A DNA stretch of 60,482 bases. It comes from Candidatus Staskawiczbacteria bacterium. GTDB lineage: Bacteria > Patescibacteriota > Minisyncoccia > Minisyncoccales > Staskawiczbacteraceae. The notes under the pieces were generated by a model. That model did not search any database. It saw only the letters and a program-made list of their open reading frames with translations, and was not told the origin of the DNA. The position numbers and the translations under genes are program-made. Shown here in pieces: positions 35,609 through 46,193 of this stretch (position 1 is the stretch's first letter; each line of letters opens with the position of its first letter). Where the stretch lies: positions 1-60,482 of the forward strand of contig JAPLZF010000016.1 of NCBI GenBank assembly GCA_026395175.1, read 5' to 3'.

Positions 35609-36463
35609 ATGGAACTGCAAGAAAAAATTGACTTAATAAAAAATAATACAGCTGTAGCAATGCTGGCGCCCACTTTTGCCATTGATTTTAAATATCCAAA
35701 CATTATTGGAATGCTGCGGCACCTTGGATTTAAAGAAGTTACAGAATTAACTTTTGGAGCCAGAATGGTCAATTGGGCTTATGCAAATTATATCAAAGAG
35801 AATCCCGGGCAGAAATATTTTATCGCTTCTCCCTGCCCAACTGTCGTAGCTTCAGTCCAACATCAATACCCGGAATTAGTGCAATATTTAATGCCGATTG
35901 TTTCTCCGATGGAGGCCATGGCAAAAGTCCACAAAAAATTCAATCCCGGCTGCAAAGTTGTTTTTATTTCTCCCTGCTGGGCGAAAGAAAATGTTGAAGC
36001 GCCAAAATATAAGGAAATCGACGCTGTAATAACCTTGCAAGATTTAAAACAAATTTTCGAGCAGGAAAATATCAAAGAAGAAGATTTCACGGAAGATTAT
36101 TATTTTGATTCTTTTATAAGAGAGTATACAAAAATATATCCGGTATCGGGAGGTTTGGCATCAACTTCTCACATACAAAAACTGTTCAAAGAAGGAGAAA
36201 TTTTAATTACAGACGGCGTAGAAAATAATAAAAAAGCATTCGAAGATATGAAGGCAGGCACCAGCCAATATCGATTTTTTGATTTGCTAAACTGCGACGG
36301 CGGATGCATTGGCGGACCGGCCATAAACAGGCAAGATTTAGCAATAGAAAAAAGAAAAGAAATAATTTTTGAATATACTCACCGCTCATCTGAAGCAACT
36401 ATGGGCGAACACGAAGGAAAAGTTAAAGACGCAAAAGACATAAACTTAAGCACAAATTTTTAA
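35609..36463 (+). CDS. [FeFe]-hydrogenase H-domain-like protein (Fe_hyd_lg_C only)
   Basis: ASPCPTV, ISPCWAKENVE and LLNCDGGCIGGP correspond to H-cluster motifs L1-L3. No ferredoxin-like N-terminal domains. Confidence 0.65.
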   Translation: MELQEKIDLIKNNTAVAMLAPTFAIDFKYPNIIGMLRHLGFKEVTELTFGARMVNWAYANYIKENPGQKYFIASPCPTVVASVQHQYPELVQYLMPIVSPMEAMAKVHKKFNPGCKVVFISPCWAKENVEAPKYKEIDAVITLQDLKQIFEQENIKEEDFTEDYYFDSFIREYTKIYPVSGGLASTSHIQKLFKEGEILITDGVENNKKAFEDMKAGTSQYRFFDLLNCDGGCIGGPAINRQDLAIEKRKEIIFEYTHRSSEATMGEHEGKVKDAKDINLSTNF

Positions 36464-36472
36464 AATTAATTG

Positions 36473-36502
36473 TTCTAATTTCTAATTTCTAATTATTCTA
36501 AT
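36473..36502. repeat. heptanucleotide tandem repeat (TTCTAAT x3, TA, x1)
   Basis: Read directly. The reverse complement gives TAGAAAT units like those inside uvrC. Followed by the inverted repeat ATGTCTAATT/AATTAGACAT. Confidence 0.8.
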
Positions 36503-36597
36503 CAAATATTAATGTCTAATTTCTAAAATTAGACATTAGTCATTGGCATTTGCTTAGACCAATTAGTATAATTAGGTTAATTAGACATTTAAAATAG

Positions 36598-36978
36598 ATG
36601 TTAACAAATTATTTAGCAGAAATTTGGGGGATCTCAATTGTGGTTGTCGCCCTTGCTCTTCTTTTAAAAGAAAGCTATTTAAAGCGTCTTTTTGCTTCTA
36701 TGCAAAACGAAGACAATTTATTTTTTTGGGGCTTTGTCACTTTTATAATAGGTATTGCCATGGTTTTAGCTCACAATATTTGGGTTAAAGATTGGCAGGT
36801 CATTATAACAATTTTTGGCTGGGCATCTTTATTAAAAGGCCTATACATATTATTTTTGCCAAAACTTACTATATTTTGGATAAAAAAATTAGAAAACTCC
36901 CCATTCATCCCGTTCGCATTATTCATAGCAATCTTTATCGGTCTCGTAATTACTTACTTCGGCTTCACCGCAGTATAA
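36598..36978 (+). CDS. hypothetical four-TM membrane protein
   Basis: 126 aa. TTGGCA-N18-TATAAT lies upstream. Confidence 0.55.
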   Translation: MLTNYLAEIWGISIVVVALALLLKESYLKRLFASMQNEDNLFFWGFVTFIIGIAMVLAHNIWVKDWQVIITIFGWASLLKGLYILFLPKLTIFWIKKLENSPFIPFALFIAIFIGLVITYFGFTAV

Positions 36979-36990
36979 TCTAAAACAAAA

Positions 36991-37019
36991 AACCGCCCTG
37001 AGCTTGTCGAAGGACGGTT
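36991..37019. terminator. bidirectional terminator built from a GC-rich element copy
   Basis: AACCGCCCTGAGCTTGTCGAAGGACGGTT, flanked by an A-run and a T-run. The core is the reverse complement of CCTTCGACAAGCTCAGGG. Confidence 0.65.
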
Positions 37020-37035
37020 TTTTTGTTTTATATTT

Positions 37036-38244
37036 TTAATAGTAGTCTCTGACTTTTTTGAGTTCTTTGTGCTTTCGCAGTTTTTCCAATGCCTTTGCCT
37101 GAATTTGACGAATTCTTTCGCGAGTTACTCCAAACTCCTCCCCTGTTTCTTCCAAAGTGTGCATTACGCCGTCGTCCAAGCCAAATCTCATTCCCAAAAT
37201 TTTCAATTCTCTTGGAGTTAATTCTGAGGAAATTTCTTTCAATCTTTCTTTCAAAAGTTTTCTGGCAGCCTCTGTGTTTGGCGCAATTGTTTTGTCGTCT
37301 TTTATAAATTCCGCCAAAACAGAATCTTGCTTGTCTTTGTCCTCGCCAACCGGAGTTTCCAAAGAAACTGCTTTTTGGGCAATTTTTCTTATATGATGCA
37401 CCTTTTCAACTTCCAAGCCCATTTCAGCTGCAATTTCTTCTGCCAACGGTTCTCTGCCCAATTCCTGCAAAAGATTTTTTCTTACCTTTGTGTACTTTGA
37501 AATTGTTTCAATCATATGCACCGGAATTCTGATTGTTCTTGCCTGGTCAGCCAGAGCCCTTGTAATTGACTGCCTTATCCACCAAGTTGCATAAGTTGAA
37601 AACTTATATCCTTTTCTCCAGTCAAATTTTTTAACTGCTTTAAATAAACCCAAATTTCCCTCTTGAATTAAATCTAACAAAGTTAGGTTCGGAGACCTGC
37701 CGACATATTTTTTTGCAATAGAAACAACCAATCTTAAGTTTGCCAAGGCCAATCTGTTTTTGGCATCCTCGTCTCCTGCCTCAATTCTTTTTGCCAATTC
37801 CTTTTCTTCTTTTGCCGACAAAAAGCTTGATTTTCCAATTTCTTTTAAATACATTTGTATTGGGTCAATTTTTCCAATTAAAGCCTTTTTGCCTTTCTTT
37901 TCTTTCTTTTGTTTTGTTTCCAAAAATTCCTGCATTTCTTTTATGGCCACGCCTCTTTCCTTAAAATCATCATAAATTTTTTCCAACCCCTCTATGTTTC
38001 TTTCTATATTAGGAAAAGCATATAAAATCTCCGATGTTGTAACAAAACCCCTTTCCTCTCCTTTTTTTATAAGAGCTTCCAATTGTTCAGGGTCAATAAC
38101 AGACTTCCTGGCTACTCTTTGAATTTTTACTTTCTTAGTTTTTTTCTTGACAATTTTCTTCTTTACAACCTTTTTGGCTTTCTTCTGCTTTTTTACTTTC
38201 TTAACTTTCTTTGTTTTTTTAATTTTTTTCTTTGTTTTTGGCAT
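37036..38244 (-). CDS. rpoD: RNA polymerase sigma factor RpoD
   Basis: Regions 1.2-4 are recognisable ([28 protein letters not shown]). Lys-rich N-terminus. Confidence 0.95.
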   Translation of the reverse strand: MPKTKKKIKKTKKVKKVKKQKKAKKVVKKKIVKKKTKKVKIQRVARKSVIDPEQLEALIKKGEERGFVTTSEILYAFPNIERNIEGLEKIYDDFKERGVAIKEMQEFLETKQKKEKKGKKALIGKIDPIQMYLKEIGKSSFLSAKEEKELAKRIEAGDEDAKNRLALANLRLVVSIAKKYVGRSPNLTLLDLIQEGNLGLFKAVKKFDWRKGYKFSTYATWWIRQSITRALADQARTIRIPVHMIETISKYTKVRKNLLQELGREPLAEEIAAEMGLEVEKVHHIRKIAQKAVSLETPVGEDKDKQDSVLAEFIKDDKTIAPNTEAARKLLKERLKEISSELTPRELKILGMRFGLDDGVMHTLEETGEEFGVTRERIRQIQAKALEKLRKHKELKKVRDYY

Positions 38245-38248
38245 AAAA

Positions 38249-40006
38249 TTAATTTATTAAATTAAAATCTTTTATTAAATTATTTACTTTTTCAAAATCT
38301 CCGGCAAGTTCGGCTTTTTTAATTTCTGATGAAATTGATGTGCGTTTTTCTCTTGTATTCATATCTTTCAAATGGTCCAGGCAAAGCTGAATTTCATCCA
38401 ATCCGTCATTGTCATATTCTACTTCAGCCATTAAAGACAACGTATCAAACAAATCTTTATATTCATCATTTTTAATATCCGCGAAGATTGCTTCCGAGTC
38501 ATTTCCCCTTTTCAAGGCGCTGTTTTTAATATTTTCTATTAAACTTTTTGTCCTGTCGCAAAAAAGGCAATTATGACAATCTTCAATTAAATTTAAATTT
38601 CCAGGGTTTTTCAAAACTAGCGAAATAATTTTATCTTCTAAAAGTTTTTTTCTCCCTACTGCCGACAAATCTTTCAATTCGGCTATCCCATTGTTTAGAA
38701 GAACATTGGAATAAGTAGAATCATCTTTTGTGGTTTTCAATTCTTCCAAAATTGCTTCCTGGCTCACTCCTAATTTTTCTGCCAATTTTTGCACCCAATG
38801 CGATTGTTCAATTTTATTTTGCAATCGTTTTATTGCCGGCAATATAATTTTCCCAATTTCTTTTTTGTCTTTTGGATTATTCTTGTCAAACTTTGCAAAT
38901 GTAGAATCAAAATAAAAATCCATTATTGTTCTTGCGTTTGCCATGGAATTCTGCCAATTTTGCGGGTTTTCCAGAATAATTTCAGCAGGGTCTTTGGCGC
39001 CAGAATATACATCAATAATTTTAATATTAAAACCCTGAGATTCTGCCAAGCTAATTCCTCTTTTTGTCGCGGTATCTCCGGCCAAATCCATATCAAAAGA
39101 TAAAAGCAAATTGTCTGTATATCTTTTTAAAAGTGTCAGGTGTCTTGGCGTCAAAGCTGTGCCAGAAACGGCAACTGTATTTTCAAATCCTGCCTGATGG
39201 CACATTATGGCGTCGGTGTAGCCTTCGGTTAAAACGCACTGATTATTTTTTCTGGTGGCCAGCTTGGCATAATTTATTCCGTATAAAACATTACTTTTGT
39301 CGTACAGCATTGTTTGGGGCGTATTTATATATTTTGCTGTTTCTTTTTTGTCGGCATCCTTAAAAACTCTTGCTCCAAATCCAATCACTTGTGAATTCAA
39401 ATCAAAAATTGGAAAAATAATTCTGCCACGGAATCTGTCATACGGATTGTTCCCCTTGTCTGAATGCACTGCCAAACCGGCTTTTACAATTTCTTCTCTG
39501 TTGTATCCTCTACCCACCAAAAAGTCAGACAAGCCCTGCCAAGTATCCGGCGAATATCCAAGACGCCATTTTGCAATGCTTCCTTCTGTAATTCCCCTAT
39601 TTAATAAATATTCTTTGGCGTCTTTTCCGTAGGCACTATTTCCCAATTGTTTTTCAAAAAATGAACAGGCAAGGTCGCAAATTTCATACAGCTTTTTTCT
39701 TTCACTTACAACTTGCGGGTTTTCCCTTTTTAGCTCAACGCCGGCTTTGCTTGCCAAAAGCCTCAAAGCATCTCCAAATTCCACTCCTTCAATTTCCTTT
39801 ATAAATTCAAAAATATCTCCGCCTTTTCCACAGCCAAAGCATTTCCACATTTGTCTTGAAGGCGAAACAAAAAATGACGGCCCTTTTTCATTATGAAAAG
39901 GGCACAGCCCGCGGTAATTAATCCCGGTTTTTGAAAGTTTTACATAACTTCCAACAACGTCCAGCACATTCAGCTTGTTTTTTATCTCGTCAATTTGAGA
40001 GTCCAT
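38249..40006 (-). CDS. dnaG: DNA primase
   Basis: Zinc finger [11 protein letters not shown] ... CFGCG, plus TOPRIM EGYTDA. Confidence 0.95.
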   Translation of the reverse strand: MDSQIDEIKNKLNVLDVVGSYVKLSKTGINYRGLCPFHNEKGPSFFVSPSRQMWKCFGCGKGGDIFEFIKEIEGVEFGDALRLLASKAGVELKRENPQVVSERKKLYEICDLACSFFEKQLGNSAYGKDAKEYLLNRGITEGSIAKWRLGYSPDTWQGLSDFLVGRGYNREEIVKAGLAVHSDKGNNPYDRFRGRIIFPIFDLNSQVIGFGARVFKDADKKETAKYINTPQTMLYDKSNVLYGINYAKLATRKNNQCVLTEGYTDAIMCHQAGFENTVAVSGTALTPRHLTLLKRYTDNLLLSFDMDLAGDTATKRGISLAESQGFNIKIIDVYSGAKDPAEIILENPQNWQNSMANARTIMDFYFDSTFAKFDKNNPKDKKEIGKIILPAIKRLQNKIEQSHWVQKLAEKLGVSQEAILEELKTTKDDSTYSNVLLNNGIAELKDLSAVGRKKLLEDKIISLVLKNPGNLNLIEDCHNCLFCDRTKSLIENIKNSALKRGNDSEAIFADIKNDEYKDLFDTLSLMAEVEYDNDGLDEIQLCLDHLKDMNTREKRTSISSEIKKAELAGDFEKVNNLIKDFNLIN

Positions 40007-40012
40007 TGTGCT

Positions 40013-40339
40013 TTATATTATTGCATCTGCGCTCAATAAATGCAAATGCAGATGGTCTACAAGCTGGCCTCCTTCCCTGCCAACATTTACAACCAATTTA
40101 TAGCCTTCCAAATTATTATCTTTTGCTATTTTTTGCGCCGCCAGAAACATCTCTCCAACTAACTCTTTATCAATTTCCTCCAAATGCTTTACCGACTCAA
40201 TATGTTTTTTGGGAACAATTAAAATATGCACCCTTGCCTTAGGGTTGATGTCATTAAACGCAACAAGTCTTTCATTTTCAAAAACTTTGCTTGCCGGAAT
40301 CTCGCCATTTATAATTTTGCAAAAAATACAATCTTCCAT
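40013..40339 (-). CDS. HIT family hydrolase
   Basis: Histidine triad HLHLHLL. Confidence 0.9.
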   Translation of the reverse strand: MEDCIFCKIINGEIPASKVFENERLVAFNDINPKARVHILIVPKKHIESVKHLEEIDKELVGEMFLAAQKIAKDNNLEGYKLVVNVGREGGQLVDHLHLHLLSADAII

Positions 40340-40340
40340 T

Positions 40341-41099
40341 TTAATTTATTTTGTAAGTTAAGTTAATTGTGACATCAATTTCTTGCTGGCCAGGCTGTAC
40401 AGTTGGAACAGGAGCAGAATCCATAACTCCAGCTCCCATTGCTTTTGCCGAACTGTACATAACAGGAGAGGAGTTATAACTATTTTCAAATATATTGATA
40501 ATTTTTCCAAGCCCTATGCCAGATTCTTTGGCAAGATTTTCTGCATTGGCTTTTGCCTGCGCAATTGCTTTTGCCCTTGCCTGCTCTTTAAATTGCTCTG
40601 GGTTATCAATTGTAAATTGCAGGTCGCCCACCAAATTTGCGCCAACAGATGTTGCTTTTGCCAAAATGTCGCCAACTTTTGTAAAATCTCTTATTTTAAC
40701 CTGCACATCTTGTTCTAATGTATAACCTTGAAAAATTCTGCCTGCGTTTTGAGTGTAGTTATAATTTGGCGTCAAACTATAATTTGTTGTTTGGATATCT
40801 TTTTCATCAACTCCAAGTTTTTTAACGGCATCAATAACTGCATTCATTTTATCTGTACCACTTTTTGTAACGTCGGCAACTGTTACCGCCTGTGCCGTAA
40901 CTCCCAGGCTAATTAAAGCCACATCGGGCTTTGCATAAACTTTTCCTTCACCAGAAACCGTAATCTGATTTTGATTTTGCAAATCGGCTGATTTATTCTG
41001 CAAAACAATTTGACCAACAAAAAATACTAAAATGCCAACCACTAAAATCGCGGCGAGCATAAAACTTTTATCTAAAATTTTTTTTATTTGTTCATCCAT
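40341..41099 (-). CDS. SIMPL (DUF541) domain protein
   Basis: 252 aa. N-terminal TM, and a pattern typical of 26-kDa periplasmic immunogenic protein homologs. Confidence 0.7.
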   Translation of the reverse strand: MDEQIKKILDKSFMLAAILVVGILVFFVGQIVLQNKSADLQNQNQITVSGEGKVYAKPDVALISLGVTAQAVTVADVTKSGTDKMNAVIDAVKKLGVDEKDIQTTNYSLTPNYNYTQNAGRIFQGYTLEQDVQVKIRDFTKVGDILAKATSVGANLVGDLQFTIDNPEQFKEQARAKAIAQAKANAENLAKESGIGLGKIINIFENSYNSSPVMYSSAKAMGAGVMDSAPVPTVQPGQQEIDVTINLTYKIN

Positions 41100-41134
41100 A
41101 TTTTTTATTTTTTATTAATAATATTATTTTTAAG

Positions 41135-41218
41135 CGGAGGAGGTGGGACTCGAACCCACGGGTCCCTTTCGAGACACGCCTTTCCAGGGCGTTGCAATAG
41201 CCACTATGCGACTCCTCC
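41135..41218 (-). tRNA. tRNA-Ser (anticodon GGA)
   Basis: Class II fold. Acceptor GGAGGAG/CTCCTCC, anticodon loop CTGGAAA, long variable arm, T-loop TTCGAGT. Confidence 0.9.
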
Positions 41219-41225
41219 AAAAATT

Positions 41226-42131
41226 TTAAATTTCCATGCCTCGTAATGCTTTTATGCGGTCTTCTATTGGAGGATGGGTGTCAAATAATTTTGAAAACCA
41301 ATGGGCTCTTTGCTTGCCTTTGTATGGTGAGTCAATAAATAAAGAACTTGTTGCGTCATTTGTAATTCGCATTGGAGTCTGGTCTGCAGAAATTTTTTCT
41401 AAAGCTTTGGCCAAGCCTTCGGGATATCTTGTCAGCAAAGCTCCGTCTGCATCTGCTAAAAATTCTCTTTTTCTTGAAATTGCCAACTGCACCAAAGTTG
41501 CTGCAATTGGAGCCAAAATTGCCGCCACAATTCCAAGCACCATCAAAATTGCTCCAGCATTTCCATTGTCATCGTTAGATCTTCTTCCCCCTCCAAAAAA
41601 ACTAATTCTCATAAACATATTTGCCAATATTGCAATTACTCCGGCCAAAACCGCAACAATTGTGGACAACAGCATATCTTTGTTTCCAATGTGCGACAAT
41701 TCATGTGCCAAAACTCCCTGCAATTCTGTTTTATCTAGCCGGTTTAGAAGCCCTTGTGTTACACAAACAACTGCATGATTTTTATCACGCCCGGTTGCAA
41801 AAGCATTTGGCTGAAGCTCTGGAATAATATAAATTTTTGGCAAAGGCAAACCGGCTGTTATGCATAAATTTTCAACAACGTGGTAAAGCTCCGGATTTTT
41901 GTCGTGTTCAATTGGCACGGCTTTGTACATTCCCAAAACAATTTTGTCAGACCACCAATAGCTTCCAACACTCATAAAAACACTCAAAAAAACCGCAAAA
42001 TATAAAATTACGCTGCTATTTAATCCATAAGAAAACAGCCAGCCCAAAGCTATAATAAAGACCAAAAACCCAGTTAATAAAAACCAGGTTTTTCTTGTGT
42101 TTGAATCTGCTTGCGTATAAATGCTCGCCAT
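41226..42131 (-). CDS. htpX: zinc metalloprotease HtpX (M48)
   Basis: HELSHI motif and four TM segments. Confidence 0.9.
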   Translation of the reverse strand: MASIYTQADSNTRKTWFLLTGFLVFIIALGWLFSYGLNSSVILYFAVFLSVFMSVGSYWWSDKIVLGMYKAVPIEHDKNPELYHVVENLCITAGLPLPKIYIIPELQPNAFATGRDKNHAVVCVTQGLLNRLDKTELQGVLAHELSHIGNKDMLLSTIVAVLAGVIAILANMFMRISFFGGGRRSNDDNGNAGAILMVLGIVAAILAPIAATLVQLAISRKREFLADADGALLTRYPEGLAKALEKISADQTPMRITNDATSSLFIDSPYKGKQRAHWFSKLFDTHPPIEDRIKALRGMEI

Positions 42132-42134
42132 AAA

Positions 42135-42692
42135 TTAAAACTTTACTGATGCTGGTTGTTTTTCCGTTTCGTTGGCTGTCTGGAATAATTCCATTTCCTT
42201 AAAACCAAATGAGCCTGCAATTAAATTTGCCGGAAAACTTTCAATTTTAATGTTAAGGTCTCGAACGTTTGTGTTGTAAAACCTGCGGGCTGCCTGAATT
42301 TTGTCTTCTGTGTCTGTAAGCTCTCTCTGTAATTCCAAAAAATTTGTTGATGCTTTTAAGTCGGGGTAATTCTCGGCTACAGCAAACAAACTTTTCAAGG
42401 TGCCAGATAACGCGTTTTCGGCCTCTGCTTTGTCCTTAAGCCCTGTAGCGCCCATGGCAGCGGTTCGGGCTTCTGTAACCTTTTCAAACAGCTGGCTTTC
42501 GTGGGCGGCATAACCTTTCACAGTTTCCACTAAATTTGGAATCAAGTCATATCTTCTTTTCAACTGCACATCAATATCTGCAAAAGCTTCTTTTGCCCTA
42601 TTTTTTAATACTACCAAACCATTAAAAACCATTATTATCCATAAGATAATAACAACTACAATTGCCAACACTATCCATAAAATTGTTACCAT
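42135..42692 (-). CDS. lemA: LemA family protein
   Basis: DVQLKRRYDLIPNLVETVKGYAAHE motif. Confidence 0.9.
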   Translation of the reverse strand: MVTILWIVLAIVVVIILWIIMVFNGLVVLKNRAKEAFADIDVQLKRRYDLIPNLVETVKGYAAHESQLFEKVTEARTAAMGATGLKDKAEAENALSGTLKSLFAVAENYPDLKASTNFLELQRELTDTEDKIQAARRFYNTNVRDLNIKIESFPANLIAGSFGFKEMELFQTANETEKQPASVKF

Positions 42693-42697
42693 AATTT

Positions 42698-43243
42698 TTA
42701 TTTGGGCAAATTTTCAATCATATCATTTAAAAAATGATACTGAATTAAAAACTTGTAATTAAATAATTTTATTAAAGTTAAAAAATCTTCAAGTTCTGAG
42801 CGAAATGCCTCAGGCCCCGAGAAAACCTCCCATAATTGTACTACGAGATTTTTGGCATAATGGTTTAGAATTTCATAATCGGATTTATTTTTTAAATAAT
42901 TTATTATCTGCTTGAATTCTCCCCTGTCTAACCAAATGCCATTGCACATTTTGCAAAAATCAACCTTGGTTTTTGAGCCGTCATATTTGACTTCAATTAA
43001 GCCTGCCCTGTCAACAGGACAATGCTTATCTCCTCTGGAAACGTGAAACTTTGATTTGTCGCGCCACAAGTCAACATCAACCCAATTCAAATCTTTATCT
43101 TTGTCATCTTTTGCCTGGCGCAATTCGTCATTATCAAACCAAATGCCCAAACATTTTGGACAGTAATCAACTTCCACATTATGAAACAAAATTTTTTCTA
43201 ATTGTTCGTTATCATTTGGACAATTCATACCTATATAATACAT
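42698..43243 (-). CDS. TFIIB-type zinc-ribbon (zf-TFIIB) domain protein
   Basis: Two copies of CPxC ... GIWFD/GIWLD. Confidence 0.7.
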   Translation of the reverse strand: MYYIGMNCPNDNEQLEKILFHNVEVDYCPKCLGIWFDNDELRQAKDDKDKDLNWVDVDLWRDKSKFHVSRGDKHCPVDRAGLIEVKYDGSKTKVDFCKMCNGIWLDRGEFKQIINYLKNKSDYEILNHYAKNLVVQLWEVFSGPEAFRSELEDFLTLIKLFNYKFLIQYHFLNDMIENLPK

Positions 43244-43262
43244 AAAAACCCAAATTTATGCA

Positions 43263-43286
43263 ATAAAAGAGGAGTCCGAAGACTCC
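43263..43286 (-). terminator. terminator of islet 5 (UUCG-capped)
   Basis: Minus-strand GGAGTC-TTCG-GACTCC followed by a T-rich tract. Confidence 0.7.
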
Positions 43287-43310
43287 ATGTGGAAAACTCG
43301 CGTACGAGTT

Positions 43311-43703
43311 CTATTTTTGTCGCGTAAAGCAGAACTGGTCCAACAAATTCCTGGCAACCAAGGCTATTTCGGTTTGTTCGCCATTGCCATCCTTGTCGTC
43401 AGATGCCGTGTTCAGAAATTCTTCCAGTTCAACCAGCAACTCTGCTGGAATTTCGATTGGCATGAGCGGACCCTGTCGGTCAGAAATGCGGAGCGGTCCT
43501 ATTGGCCTTGGCACAGACTCGCCAACAAGTATGACTTGCTGGGTTTCCTCGTTTATCATACAAATCAGCTGATGAGGCGTGCCATTAGCGCCATTACAAA
43601 CTCTCACCGGCGGACTTATGTCATGCCACCCTGGGCACGTCGAACTTGGATAAACCTTCCCGTTTTTCCCCAGAGCAGCCATTATCTCCTGGATAGTAGC
43701 CAT
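43311..43703 (-). CDS. orphan protein (130 aa), GC-rich islet 5
   Basis: GGAGAGGAG lies 7-15 nt upstream of the ATG at 43703 (MATIQEIMAALGKNG...). No family recognised. Confidence 0.6.
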   Translation of the reverse strand: MATIQEIMAALGKNGKVYPSSTCPGWHDISPPVRVCNGANGTPHQLICMINEETQQVILVGESVPRPIGPLRISDRQGPLMPIEIPAELLVELEEFLNTASDDKDGNGEQTEIALVARNLLDQFCFTRQK

Positions 43704-43801
43704 TGCTATGTTCTCCTCTCCCTTGTAAAAGGGCGTTGTATTTCCCAAAAACTCCGATACTAAAACATTACAACGAATCAAAATTTTTTACAATAGAAAA
43801 C

Positions 43802-43834
43802 AAAAATGTAGGACTTCCGATGTCCTACATTTTT
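43802..43834. terminator. bidirectional terminator downstream of groEL
   Basis: ATGTAGGAC-TTCCGAT-GTCCTACAT stem, flanked by an A-run and a T-run. Confidence 0.75.
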
Positions 43835-43861
43835 ACTGCTTGCTACAAACTACTCTCTAAT

Positions 43862-45496
<1,635 letters not shown>

Positions 45497-45519
45497 TTAT
45501 GAATGAAATGAATAAAATC

Positions 45520-45543
45520 ATCCTGAGCCCGAAGGCGAAGGAT
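45520..45543. repeat. GC-rich hairpin element in the groES-groEL spacer
   Basis: ATCCTGAGCCCGAAGGCGAAGGAT (ATCCT/AGGAT stem). Confidence 0.6.
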
Positions 45544-45547
45544 ATTC

Positions 45548-45838
45548 CTATTCTATCACTGCAAGTATATCCGACTCGCTTGCGATTAAATATTCTTTGC
45601 CATCAAATTTTATTTCGCTTGGGCCATATTTTTGAAACAAAACTTTGTCCCCTGGTTTTACAGACATCATAACTATTTTCCCGTCATCTGTTTTCTTGCC
45701 GGGCCCCACAGCAATAATTAATCCTTCCTCCGACCGCTCTTTTGAAGCTGTGTCCGGCAAAAATATGCCGGTTTTTGTCTTTTCTTCCTCTTTTACAGGC
45801 TCAATTAAAATATGGTCTCCTAAAGGTTTTATTGTCAT
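45548..45838 (-). CDS. groS: co-chaperonin GroES
   Basis: 96 aa. IKPLGDHILIEP N-terminus. Confidence 0.95.
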   Translation of the reverse strand: MTIKPLGDHILIEPVKEEEKTKTGIFLPDTASKERSEEGLIIAVGPGKKTDDGKIVMMSVKPGDKVLFQKYGPSEIKFDGKEYLIASESDILAVIE

Positions 45839-45944
45839 GTTTTTATTTAATTAATAATTTTCGATATAATACAATTTAATCGATTAAGAAACAATTGTCA
45901 ATAATGCAAACAAAAACCGCCTGATGAGGGCGATTTTTTAAAAA

Positions 45945-46157
45945 TTACATTGCGAATAATTCCCGCAATTCTTTAACTTCCATCTCAAGTTTCTCTATTC
46001 TCTTTTTGTGATCAGTGATAATTAATTTTTCTATCTTATATAATCTGTTTTCAACCATATCAAAACGTTTATTCACTTCATCTTTCTTAGAAGTTTCTTC
46101 AAATCCTTTCTGCACCATTATTGCCAAATCATTGATTGTGATATTTTTCTTTACCAT
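45945..46157 (-). CDS. hypothetical coiled-coil protein
   Basis: 70-aa ORF with a heptad-like charged sequence. Confidence 0.45.
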   Translation of the reverse strand: MVKKNITINDLAIMVQKGFEETSKKDEVNKRFDMVENRLYKIEKLIITDHKKRIEKLEMEVKELRELFAM

Positions 46158-46193
46158 AATTTATTATAATTCTTTCAAAAATCCGTGTCAAAT

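Noticed and set aside
36473-36590. CRISPR array at the TTCTAAT / AATTAGACAT repeats
   Set aside because: The repeat units are only 7-10 nt and are either directly tandem or inverted, with no spacers of CRISPR length. No cas genes are nearby.
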